A DNA stretch of 64,000 nucleotides from a candidate division WOR-3 bacterium (GTDB lineage Bacteria > Hydrothermota > Hydrothermia > LBFQ01): positions 23,198 to 87,197 of the forward strand of contig JALWYV010000005.1 of NCBI GenBank assembly GCA_027003075.1, written 5' to 3'. Positions 28,937-37,902 of this stretch are shown here, one piece after another. Both the position numbers and the translations under genes were made by a program. Under the pieces are notes generated by a model. The model did no database searches. It saw only the letters and a program-made list of their open reading frames with translations, and was not told the origin of the DNA. Position 1 is the first letter of the stretch, and each line of letters starts with the position of its first letter.

Positions 28937-30298
28937 ATGATCCTGCTTCCCCGCACCCGTTTCAACCGTATCCACATGGTGGGTATAGGGGGATCCGGCA
29001 TGAGCGGAATCGCAGAGATCCTCCACCGCCTCGGTTTTTCGGTTCAGGGGTCCGACATAAGCCGTAAGGAGACGACGGAGAGGCTTGAGAAACTCGGAAT
29101 TAAGGTCTTCTACGGTCACAGGTACGAGAACGTGAAGGGTGCGGATCTGGTGGTTTACTCCTCCGCCATACCGCCCGACAACCCCGAGCTTCAGGCGGCC
29201 AGAGAGATGGGTATACCGGTCGTCCAGAGGGCGGAGATGCTGGCCGAACTGATGAGGGTCAAGTTCTCCATAGCCGTATCCGGCGCCCACGGTAAGAGTA
29301 CCACAACCTCCATGGTGGGCCACGCCTTAAAGGCCCTGAACACCAACCCCACCGTGATAGTGGGGGGAATACTGCGGGAGGTCAGTACGGGTGGGATGTA
29401 CGGCAGCGGGGACTACCTCGTGGCCGAAGCCGACGAGTCCGACAGATCTTTTCTGAAGCTCCTGCCCACCATAGCCGTCATAACGAACATAGACCGGGAG
29501 CATATAGACACCTACGGAAGCATGGCCAACCTGAAACTGGCCTTCATAGACTTCGCCAACCGGGTACCCTTCTACGGGGCGGTCCTGGCCTGCGGGGACG
29601 ACGAGAACACCCGGCATATCCTCCCCTTCGTGGAAAGGAGGGTATTTACGTACGGCCTCGGCAGGGACAACTTCTTTCGGGCCGAAAATCTCAGGGAGGA
29701 GGGCCTGGGGAGCGAGTACGACCTCTTAGTCAACGGCCAGAGAGTAGCCCGTGTGAGGTTAAACGTACCGGGCGTATTCAACGTCAGGAACTCCCTCGCG
29801 GCTCTGGGGGTGGCGTGGGAACTGGGACTTAACCTGAAGGATGCAGCAGAGAGCCTTGCCACGTTCAGGGGCGTGGGCAGGAGGTTTGAGATCAAGGGGA
29901 AGGTAAACGGGGCAACCGTTATAGACGACTACGGTCACCATCCCACGGAGATATCCGCCGTCCTTGACGTGGCCAGAAGGCTCGGAAGGGTGATAGTCGT
30001 TTTCCAGCCCCACAGGTACACCCGTACCAGGGACCTCTACAAGCAGTTCGCCGAAGTCCTTACGAAGGCGGATTACGTGATTCTACTTCCGGTATATCCT
30101 GCGGGAGAGAAGGAGATACCCGGTGTAAGTTCCGGACTGATATACGGAAGGATGAGGGACATGGGCTATGAGAACGTTGAGATGGTTGGAAGCCTTGAGG
30201 AGGCGGCCGGGAGGGTGAAGGCCGTAGTTAGAGAGGGGGACGTAGTACTCCTTCAGGGAGCGGGGAACGTTTATAAGGTGTGGGATCTCCTCGTATAG
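28937..30298 (+). CDS. murC: UDP-N-acetylmuramate--L-alanine ligase
   Basis: GIGGSGMSGIA, GAHGKSTTT, EADESD, DDYGHHPTEI, FQPHRYTRT. Confidence 0.97.
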   Translation: MILLPRTRFNRIHMVGIGGSGMSGIAEILHRLGFSVQGSDISRKETTERLEKLGIKVFYGHRYENVKGADLVVYSSAIPPDNPELQAAREMGIPVVQRAEMLAELMRVKFSIAVSGAHGKSTTTSMVGHALKALNTNPTVIVGGILREVSTGGMYGSGDYLVAEADESDRSFLKLLPTIAVITNIDREHIDTYGSMANLKLAFIDFANRVPFYGAVLACGDDENTRHILPFVERRVFTYGLGRDNFFRAENLREEGLGSEYDLLVNGQRVARVRLNVPGVFNVRNSLAALGVAWELGLNLKDAAESLATFRGVGRRFEIKGKVNGATVIDDYGHHPTEISAVLDVARRLGRVIVVFQPHRYTRTRDLYKQFAEVLTKADYVILLPVYPAGEKEIPGVSSGLIYGRMRDMGYENVEMVGSLEEAAGRVKAVVREGDVVLLQGAGNVYKVWDLLV

Positions 30299-30341
30299 AT
30301 CGGACCAACCATCAGGATAACGGGCTTATAATCCTTAAGTC

Positions 30342-30695
30342 ATGCAGATAGACGTTCAGCGACTCAGGAATTCTATAAAAGGTACGGGATGGGCAAAGTT
30401 CCTGGCCATCGTATACTACGTTCTGGGTGCCATTTACATCCTCGGATGCGTTACTATACCTCTGGGAATCTTCATGTTCATAATCGGCATAAAGACCTGG
30501 AACGCGGCCAGCGACCTTGAAAGACTTAAATATACTGACGATCCGGAGAGACTCTATTCCGCCCTTGATAACATCGGCTCCATGTTCGTGTGGTCCGGCA
30601 TATTCATTGTCGTCACTCTGGTGCTTTACGCCATACTCCTCGTGGTTTACATCGCCTTCCTCTCATCCATGATGTCCACGATGTACACCCTTTAA
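30342..30695 (+). CDS. Small membrane protein (DUF5362-like)
   Basis: WAKFLAIV start followed by hydrophobic helices. Confidence 0.6.
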   Translation: MQIDVQRLRNSIKGTGWAKFLAIVYYVLGAIYILGCVTIPLGIFMFIIGIKTWNAASDLERLKYTDDPERLYSALDNIGSMFVWSGIFIVVTLVLYAILLVVYIAFLSSMMSTMYTL

Positions 30696-31390
30696 AAGCC
30701 CCGTACCCGCAGCGAAACGTAGGGGACGCCCTCGGCGTCCCTTATTATGCCCGTCCTCTCGTAGGGCCGGTAGCCCAGGGCTACCGTGAAGTCCCCCTTC
30801 TCGTTCCGAAACTCCAGACCGCCTTCAAGTGATAGGCTCGCATAAACCTTACGGTAATTTCTGCTCAAAGCCACAAAGGTTCTGACGTCCAAAAAGAGGC
30901 CCACGCTGTCCCTGAGGGGTTTCCTGAACCTCTTAAAGGCCTTTACGTCTGTTCCCCAGTCCGTACCTTGAGATAGGAACTTGTACCTCTCATCGTAGAT
31001 GTACTGGGCTGCGGATATCTCCAGATCTCTCTCCCTGTACATGAAACGAAAAGCGTTCCAGTAGAGGGGCAGGGTATCAAGCTTGTCTATGTAATGCAGG
31101 CAGGGATGCTCTATCAGGAGGTAGAACGTTCCTCTGTCGGTCTCTTTGAACGCCCCAAACCAGACGTAGTAGTCAGCGTATATGGGGTCCAGCTGTATGG
31201 GACCCACGTCGTACCCCAGCCACACGATAAAATCCCCCCCAACTACGGGGCCGTAATCCCTCCACCTGAAGAGTTTTATATAACCTCCTATATCTCCCAC
31301 TGCGCTCTTATCCCTGTACTTGTAGGAGAACTTTGAGAAAGATGCCCACGATTCGTGCCGCATGTAAACGAAGGATAGGATAAACAGCAT
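30692..31390 (-). CDS. Putative outer-membrane beta-barrel protein
   Basis: Aromatic-rich beta-strand pattern, C-terminal VSLRVRGF; TACAAT 6 nt before ATG. Confidence 0.55.
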   Translation of the reverse strand: MLFILSFVYMRHESWASFSKFSYKYRDKSAVGDIGGYIKLFRWRDYGPVVGGDFIVWLGYDVGPIQLDPIYADYYVWFGAFKETDRGTFYLLIEHPCLHYIDKLDTLPLYWNAFRFMYRERDLEISAAQYIYDERYKFLSQGTDWGTDVKAFKRFRKPLRDSVGLFLDVRTFVALSRNYRKVYASLSLEGGLEFRNEKGDFTVALGYRPYERTGIIRDAEGVPYVSLRVRGF

Positions 31391-31606
31391 GCGGGTATTG
31401 TACCGACGACCTCTTTACCGACTTCAGAAAATCTCCATCTTACGGTCGGCACCCAACGGGGAGGTTCATCGTCGTTCCAGCAGAACGATCCGAACAGAAG
31501 GCGCTTCAATATCTACCGTTCCTCCACTTGACATACGGGTGAACTGTGGCCATTATTCTACACCGCATCAAGTTAACATAAGTTAAACACAAAAAGGAGG
31601 TGAACC

Positions 31607-32041
31607 ATGGCAAGGCTCGTAAGGTTTGATCCCTTCAGGGAGCTTGAGGCGCTTCGCAGGGAGATGGAAAGGGTCTTTGACACCTTTCTGGCCGAGAGGG
31701 GGCTGGAAGGGGAGTTCGTCTGGACCCCGCCCCTTGAGGTCAAGGAGACCGACGACCGCTACATCGTCCGCATGGACATACCCGGCGTGAACAAGGAGGA
31801 CATCAAGATAGAGGTCACGGACAACACCCTCATCGTGTCCGGCGAGAGGAAGGAGGAAAAGGAGGAGAAGGAGGCCAGCTACTACCGCCGGGAGATCGCC
31901 TACGGTTCCTTCTACCGCGCCATACAGCTCCCCTCCGACATAGACCCTGAGAAGATAAACGCAAAGTACGAGAACGGCGTTCTCGTGATAGAGATACCCA
32001 AGAGCGAAAAGGCCCGAAAGAGGGAGATCAAGGTACAGTAA
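31607..32041 (+). CDS. Hsp20/alpha-crystallin small heat-shock protein
   Basis: DIPGVNKEDIKI, YGSFYRAIQLP, AKYENGVLVIEIPK; strong SD AGGAGGTG. Confidence 0.95.
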   Translation: MARLVRFDPFRELEALRREMERVFDTFLAERGLEGEFVWTPPLEVKETDDRYIVRMDIPGVNKEDIKIEVTDNTLIVSGERKEEKEEKEASYYRREIAYGSFYRAIQLPSDIDPEKINAKYENGVLVIEIPKSEKARKREIKVQ

Positions 32042-32049
32042 AAGTCAGT

Positions 32050-32076
32050 GGGGCGGCTTGACCGCCCCGTTTTTTT
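32050..32076 (+). terminator. Intrinsic terminator
   Basis: GGGGCGG-CTTGA-CCGCCCC followed by GTTTTTTT. Confidence 0.8.
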
Positions 32077-32104
32077 ATGAGCGGGGTTAGAATCCCCTCC
32101 TTAT

Positions 32105-32623
32105 ATGTTTGGGAACGTCATGTACGCTTTTTCACCGGAGAACCTGAAGATATCTCTCCTCCTGTTTTTTTACTCCGTGTTCCTCGGAATCCTTGACCTT
32201 ATAACCAAGGCCTGGGCTTACTCGTCCCTCAAACTGCACACTCCCGTGGAGGTGTTCGGTGACTTCTTCCGTTTTACCCTCGTCATAAACTACAACACGG
32301 CCTTCGGCCTGTCCTTCGGTGAGAACTTCCCCTACGCCCTGATGGCGACCGTACTGGCCGTAGCCCTGTTCGTCGTCATGGTTCTGGAGAGGAGAAAGGT
32401 GTACAAGTTCCTTTACGCTACCATCCTCGGAGGTGCGATCGGCAACATAGTGGACAGAATATTGCGGGGCGGTGTGGTGGACTTTGTGGACGTCGGTGTT
32501 GGCGGATTCAGATGGTACACGTTCAATCTGGCGGACGTCTGGGTGACCATAGGACTTGCGGGACTGATGATCCTTCTGATCGTAAACGAGATTCCATCCC
32601 GCAGGGAGAAGTCTCAGTCGTAA
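32105..32623 (+). CDS. lspA: Lipoprotein signal peptidase II
   Basis: NYNTAFG, GGAIGNIVDR, VVDFVD, FNLADV. Confidence 0.95.
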   Translation: MFGNVMYAFSPENLKISLLLFFYSVFLGILDLITKAWAYSSLKLHTPVEVFGDFFRFTLVINYNTAFGLSFGENFPYALMATVLAVALFVVMVLERRKVYKFLYATILGGAIGNIVDRILRGGVVDFVDVGVGGFRWYTFNLADVWVTIGLAGLMILLIVNEIPSRREKSQS

Positions 32624-32637
32624 AATAGACTCTCAGG

Positions 32638-33975
32638 ATGTGCGGAATCGTCGGTGTAAGGAGTAAAAGGGGCGTTCACCTCAGTCGTTTGATAACCGTC
32701 CTTCAGGGTCTACAACACAGGGGGCAGGAGGCGAGCGGTTTTGTGGGGATAACCGTGGACGGCAGGGAGGTGGGGTTTAAGGATCTCGGCCTGGTATCGG
32801 ACGTCTTCCGGCGCTACGGCCACGACCCCATCCTCAGAGTCGCAATAGCCCATACCCGGTACTCAACGCACGGCGAAACCTACAGACCGGAAAACGTTCA
32901 GCCCTTCGTGGGGTTCATAGACGGCAGGATGATAGCCCTCGTCCACAACGGCAACCTGACCAACTACATGGACCTGCGCAGAGAACTTGAGAGGGAGGGG
33001 GTAATATTCCGTTCCACGTCCGATTCCGAGGCCATACTCCTACTTTACGCCAAGGAAACTGGAGAACCGGACGAGAGGTTGAAGAAGCTCTCCGAACGTC
33101 TTGAAGGGGCCTGGACCGTCCTGATGATAGACGGGGACAGGATCGTGGCCTTCAGGGACCCTTACGGTTTCCGGCCCCTGTGGATGGGGAGGGAGGGAGA
33201 GGACGTGTGGTTCGCCTCCGAGGACTCCGCCCTCCGCTCTGCCGACATAGAGGTGGTTGAGGAAGTGGGTATAGGCAAAGGGTACGTGGTGGGCGAAGGT
33301 TTAAAGCCCTTTACCGTAGGGAAAAAGCTATCCCTTCCATGTTCGTTTGAGCTGGTTTACTTTGCCCGTCCCGACAGCAACATCTTCGGCAGATCGGTTT
33401 ACGAGTGGAGGCTACGGGCGGGTGAGATACTCGCTAAGGTGGACGAGGTGGAGGCGGACGTCGTGGTCCCCGTTCCAGATTCCGGGACGATATACGCCAT
33501 AGGGTACTCGGGGGTGTCGGGAGTACCCTTCCAGATGGGGCTGATAAGGAGCCACTACGTGGGGAGGAGCTTCATACAGCCCAGTCAGGACATGAGAAGG
33601 AGGACGGTACGGTCCAAACTCTTCCCGGTCCCCTTCGTACTTAAAGGCCGACGCGTGGTTTTAGTGGACGACTCCCTCGTCAGGGGAACCACCATGAGGG
33701 AGATAGTCAGGATGGTCAGGGAGGCCGGAGCAAAGGAGGTGCACGTCCGTATAGGTTCTCCTCCAGTGATCTCCCCCTGTTATTTCGGAATAGATACGCC
33801 AACGAAGGAGGAGCTGGCGGCGGCCCGGATGAGCCTTGAGGAGATAGGCAGGTTCATAGAGGCGGACAGTATCCTTTACCTGCCGTTAGATGAGTACAAA
33901 AGGGACATGGAGAACTTCTGCGTTTCCTGTTTCACGGGGAGGTACCCAGTCAGGGTACCGGATCTCCAGCCTTAA
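32638..33975 (+). CDS. purF: Amidophosphoribosyltransferase
   Basis: MCGIVG, LQHRGQE, HTRYST, VPVPDSG, LVDDSLVRGTT. Confidence 0.96.
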   Translation: MCGIVGVRSKRGVHLSRLITVLQGLQHRGQEASGFVGITVDGREVGFKDLGLVSDVFRRYGHDPILRVAIAHTRYSTHGETYRPENVQPFVGFIDGRMIALVHNGNLTNYMDLRRELEREGVIFRSTSDSEAILLLYAKETGEPDERLKKLSERLEGAWTVLMIDGDRIVAFRDPYGFRPLWMGREGEDVWFASEDSALRSADIEVVEEVGIGKGYVVGEGLKPFTVGKKLSLPCSFELVYFARPDSNIFGRSVYEWRLRAGEILAKVDEVEADVVVPVPDSGTIYAIGYSGVSGVPFQMGLIRSHYVGRSFIQPSQDMRRRTVRSKLFPVPFVLKGRRVVLVDDSLVRGTTMREIVRMVREAGAKEVHVRIGSPPVISPCYFGIDTPTKEELAAARMSLEEIGRFIEADSILYLPLDEYKRDMENFCVSCFTGRYPVRVPDLQP

Positions 33976-33986
33976 AATTCCCTGCT

Positions 33987-34511
33987 ATGAAGAGGATGAT
34001 ACCCCTTCTTGTGGGAGTACTTTTCTTTGTCGGAGCGACCGGCGACAAGCCCTTATTCAAGGCCAAAGCCTCAGTTTTCGGTTTCAAGGATAAGAAGATA
34101 AAGGGTGAGGTCTTTTTCTACCAGTACCCAGATATGAGCGTCCACGTCTTTGGCAAGATAACCGGCCTTCCCAGGAACCGCACCTTCGCCATACACGTAC
34201 ACCAGTTCGGGGATTGCTCCTCACCCAAGGCCTCCGGTGGTCACTTTGATCCCTACCACAGTGGTAAACACGGCCACCCCAACGATCCTATAGGCACACA
34301 CCACTCAGGAGATATGCCCAACATAAAGAGCAACGGTAAGGGGGAAGCCCTGATAGATTTCCGTACTAAGGCCTTTACCGTGATACCCTCTCCCTATTCC
34401 GTACTCGGAAGGGCGGTTATAATCCACGCCGGTCCGGACGATTACAAGTCCCAGCCCGCAGGGAACGCCGGTTCCCGTATAGCCTGCGGAGTTATAGGTG
34501 TGGTGAAGTAG
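33987..34511 (+). CDS. sodC: Periplasmic Cu/Zn superoxide dismutase
   Basis: AIHVHQFGDC, GGHFDP, HGHP..HSGD, IIHAGPDD, GNAGSRIACGVI; signal peptide. Confidence 0.95.
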   Translation: MKRMIPLLVGVLFFVGATGDKPLFKAKASVFGFKDKKIKGEVFFYQYPDMSVHVFGKITGLPRNRTFAIHVHQFGDCSSPKASGGHFDPYHSGKHGHPNDPIGTHHSGDMPNIKSNGKGEALIDFRTKAFTVIPSPYSVLGRAVIIHAGPDDYKSQPAGNAGSRIACGVIGVVK

Positions 34512-34514
34512 GTC

Positions 34515-34952
34515 TCAACGCAGGTTAAAGATTCTCTCTATACGCTGTATTCTGTTTTCGTCGTAGTTCCGGGATAGCACATCCCGGAGCTCCGTCAGTA
34601 TAACCTGCAGGACGGTTCCCATCTGTATGGTGCCGAGTTTGACGTGAACGACGAAGGCGAACCTTGAGGCCACGTTGAAAACGACGATCAGGCCGTTGTC
34701 CTCCGTCTCAAATAGGTAATAGGAGCCGAACCTTACTTCCCCACTTTTGAAACTTATGGCCGGATTTTTCCTCATCAGGTTCACGATGCGACCGTGGTAT
34801 CTCAAGAACTGCGGTGGGATGTTGTAGGTAAAGTCAAGGATATCTCCCCTTATGACGTCTATTGCGCCCATCCCCAGAATGATGTCCCCGAACTCCTTCT
34901 TTAACACATCAAAGGAGGCCCGAAGGGCCCCCTCGATCTCCCTCGGAGCCAT
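34515..34952 (-). CDS. Roadblock/LC7-like protein (paralog of the neighbour)
   Basis: Helix-strand pattern; YYLFETEDNGLIVV...VHVKLGTIQMGTVLQVI parallels the next ORF. Confidence 0.5.
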   Translation of the reverse strand: MAPREIEGALRASFDVLKKEFGDIILGMGAIDVIRGDILDFTYNIPPQFLRYHGRIVNLMRKNPAISFKSGEVRFGSYYLFETEDNGLIVVFNVASRFAFVVHVKLGTIQMGTVLQVILTELRDVLSRNYDENRIQRIERIFNLR

Positions 34953-35335
34953 CAGGAGAACACTTTGGAGTTGAATTCCCTGATGACTTTCGGTATAACA
35001 ACGTTCAAAACTATACCTATCTGGACCTTCGCAAGGTCCACCAACATCCCCAGAAGGTACTTTTCATGGAGGTCAACCACTATGACCGCCTTATGGTCCT
35101 TCAGGTCTATGAGGAAGTAGCGGTGCATGGGAGGGAATCCGGCCTCCTTAGCGGCCTCGTGTATGAAGTGGTATATCTTTCCAAAGAGGGCGCAGGCCAC
35201 CGGGTTGGAGTTGTACCCTATCAGGGGAACGAGATTCTCCTTGTCAAAGATGTCCGACGCCAGAAGACCCGCCCCCATATCCTGCTTGAAGGTCTCAAAG
35301 ACCTCCTGAAGTTTCTTAACGTTCAGCTCAGCCAT
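34952..35335 (-). CDS. Roadblock/LC7-like protein
   Basis: GLLASDIFD, YFLIDLKDHKAVIVV..YLLGMLVDLAKVQIGIVLNV. Confidence 0.55.
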   Translation of the reverse strand: MAELNVKKLQEVFETFKQDMGAGLLASDIFDKENLVPLIGYNSNPVACALFGKIYHFIHEAAKEAGFPPMHRYFLIDLKDHKAVIVVDLHEKYLLGMLVDLAKVQIGIVLNVVIPKVIREFNSKVFS

Positions 35336-35373
35336 AGCCTTCTATTGTAACGGTGAAGTAATAATTTATAATC

Positions 35374-36936
35374 TCAGTCCTGCAACTTCTCCATAACGTC
35401 AAGGTAGAGGCCGTCCGGGGTGGTCTGGAGCAGTATGCGAACCTTCGTATCCGGAGGATAAAGGCCGAGGAACCCCTGAGGGTCTATAACCCTGACCCCG
35501 AGGAGCTTGTTGGATATGTCCTCCAGCCTGCCCTCTATCAGGATGTAGGAGTTCAGACCCAAAAAGCCCATCTTAACGAGATCCTTGAAGAACTTGTCGT
35601 CAACCTCTTCGGACTTGAGTACGAGGTCCGCCTTGGCGCTGACGTAGTCTATGTCTCCCTTCTCGGCGAAGAAGGCGTCTATCTCCTCAACGAGTGAGGG
35701 TAGGAAGGCCTCGTCCATGGAGAAACCGGAGGCCACCTTGTGTCCACCGTAGTCTATCAGCATCCAGGAGATGCTATCAAGGAGTTCCAGCGTGTCAAAG
35801 CCCTGAGGAGCCCTCAGCTCTCCCACGACCTTCTTGTCGTCCCTGCGGCCGAGGGCTATTGATGGCACCTTGTACTTCTCCTTTAGCTTGTTGGCGACGT
35901 ACCCCAGATATCCCATCCCTTTCTTTCCGAGGTCAACCATTATGTAGGGACGGGAAGTGGAAACGCTATGCTTTATCTCGGAAAGGATCTCCTCCGCTTT
36001 GCGGTACCAGATCTCGGAGAAGGTTACCAGCCTCCTCATTATCTCCTCGGCCACGTTTATATCTTTGGTCATAAGGAGCTCAACACCCTCGTGGTAGTTA
36101 CCCTTCGTGTGGGACGAGGATATGATGTTGGTAAGCTCGTAGAGGGTGGGCTTTTTACCCTTGACGTTCTCGTAGGCCTTCTGGAAGGTAAAGGTGTGCT
36201 CGGTGAATATCTCCTCAGCCTTGTTATAAAGCGCCCTGTTTTCGGAGAAGATGGGCATGCGATCGGCGATTATCCCTATGGTGGACCATACGAAGTACTC
36301 CGGTTTTTCCTGAATAATCGTGGATATGTCCCAGTGGTTGGTTATCTTGAAGAGGTACCACGCGAACTTAAAAGCCACACCAGACCCCGACAGGTAGGGG
36401 TACGCTCCTCCCCGCTTGGGGTTCACTATCAGGTAGTCCGGATCCTGAACGAAGACCTCGTGGTGGTCTGTAACGATCACCTCTATACCCATCTCCCGCG
36501 CCATCGCTATTTCCTCTTCGGCGTTCGTACAGCAATCGGTCGTTATTATGAGTTTCACCTCGTTCTGAGCCGCGTACTTAAGGCCTTCCTCGTTGATAGA
36601 GTGCCCGCCTTTACTTTTCTTATCAGGGATGTAATAGAGTGCACGCCCTCCCACCGTTTTTATGGCATCGTAAAGGATGGAAGTCCCGGTGACACCGTCG
36701 GCGTCGTCGTGTCCCCACACCAGAATCGTCTCCTTACGACCTATAAACTTCGCAGTGAGTTTTACGGCCTCCTCCATATCGGGTATGAGTTCGGGAGGAG
36801 GCATGTTCTCCACCTTCGGCTCAAAGGTCACCTCCAGAAGAGCCTCGTCGTTTATACCCTTTTCCACGAGCAACCTCGCGACGAGCGGATGTATATCCCT
36901 CTCTACTATGGCAGAGACTATGTCCCCTTTGATCAC
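35374..36936 (-). CDS. recJ: RecJ-like DHH exonuclease
   Basis: WGHDDADG, ITTDC, VTDHH, LSGSGVAFK, YGGHKVASG. Confidence 0.75.
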   Translation of the reverse strand: MIKGDIVSAIVERDIHPLVARLLVEKGINDEALLEVTFEPKVENMPPPELIPDMEEAVKLTAKFIGRKETILVWGHDDADGVTGTSILYDAIKTVGGRALYYIPDKKSKGGHSINEEGLKYAAQNEVKLIITTDCCTNAEEEIAMAREMGIEVIVTDHHEVFVQDPDYLIVNPKRGGAYPYLSGSGVAFKFAWYLFKITNHWDISTIIQEKPEYFVWSTIGIIADRMPIFSENRALYNKAEEIFTEHTFTFQKAYENVKGKKPTLYELTNIISSSHTKGNYHEGVELLMTKDINVAEEIMRRLVTFSEIWYRKAEEILSEIKHSVSTSRPYIMVDLGKKGMGYLGYVANKLKEKYKVPSIALGRRDDKKVVGELRAPQGFDTLELLDSISWMLIDYGGHKVASGFSMDEAFLPSLVEEIDAFFAEKGDIDYVSAKADLVLKSEEVDDKFFKDLVKMGFLGLNSYILIEGRLEDISNKLLGVRVIDPQGFLGLYPPDTKVRILLQTTPDGLYLDVMEKLQD

Positions 36937-37472
36937 TGCTTACCTCCTTCTTTTAAAGCTTTTTCCAGAAATATTCCGAGCTTACGCGTTTTCTCCACCT
37001 CCTCGTGGAGATGTTCGGCCTCGTCCTCTATCTTGAGGCCACATACCGGGCATATACCCTTACAGTCCGGAGAGCAGACAGGATTTATGGGCAGGTTTGA
37101 TATGAAGATCTCCCTTATTATGGGTAATACGTCCACCTCATCCCGCTCAATGTAAATGCTATCAACGTCCTCGTCCTTCAAAGACTCCCCACCCGTGTAC
37201 TCCCCTCTCCGTAGTATGTTTTCGTCGGAAAAATGGAAGGTTTCCACGTACTCGTCAAGGCACCGGGAACATACGAACCGCATCTTCACCTCACCCTCAA
37301 CCTTCAGGTGGTACCCTATATCCACCCTGGCGACGGTTATCTTAACGCTGGCATTCCCCACCACGGAGTACTCCCCCCTGTAGTCCATCTCCTCCGGTGT
37401 CACCTCAACCTTGAAAGTGCGGGGTTTGTACCCTATGTCCTTGAGCAGGATGAGTATCTCACTCCTTCCCAC
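36933..37472 (-). CDS. YceD/DUF177 family protein
   Basis: CSRCLD, PVCSPDCKGICPVCG. Confidence 0.9.
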   Translation of the reverse strand: MGRSEILILLKDIGYKPRTFKVEVTPEEMDYRGEYSVVGNASVKITVARVDIGYHLKVEGEVKMRFVCSRCLDEYVETFHFSDENILRRGEYTGGESLKDEDVDSIYIERDEVDVLPIIREIFISNLPINPVCSPDCKGICPVCGLKIEDEAEHLHEEVEKTRKLGIFLEKALKEGGKQ

Positions 37473-37902
37473 TTTCCAACCTCTTTTTAAAAGACTTCAG
37501 TACTCCCATCACGAAGGACGGGGACTTCTCCGCGGAAAAGCGCTTCGCGAACGTGCCGTAGTCGTAGATGGTCCGGTTCACGTCATCGGCACCCTTCAAT
37601 ATCTCGGCCATTCCGGCAAGTATAGCCGCCCTGTCAAGGGCGAGCAACCTCTCGGGTCTCCATCCCGTCAGGGTATCGGATAGGTGCCCGTATAGGGCGT
37701 CCTCGTTCCGAAGGTAGAACTCTATAAGATCCCTCAGCCTGTCCACCTCCTCCGGGGATAGATCCTCCCTCTCCCTTACGTCGCTAAGGAAACTTTCAGG
37801 ATCCTCCTCGTTGCTCTCGTACCTGTAGATGTACTCCGCGAATAGGCTCCGCACCACCTCCTGAGGGGTCTTGAACATATCGCGGTAAAGTCGTTTATCC
37901 AT
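37459..37902 (-). CDS. nusB: Transcription antitermination factor NusB
   Basis: GWRPERLLALDRAAIL, AKRFSAEKSPSFVMGVL. Confidence 0.8.
   Translation of the reverse strand: MDKRLYRDMFKTPQEVVRSLFAEYIYRYESNEEDPESFLSDVREREDLSPEEVDRLRDLIEFYLRNEDALYGHLSDTLTGWRPERLLALDRAAILAGMAEILKGADDVNRTIYDYGTFAKRFSAEKSPSFVMGVLKSFKKRLESGKE

Noticed and set aside
28755-28937. 61-aa N-terminal extension of SucC, and similar extensions on CtaB, ThrS, QueD, the 16474 ORF and the 63500 ORF
   Set aside because: Family similarity begins at a downstream start with an adjacent -10 box or stop-start overlap, so these are longest-ORF artefacts
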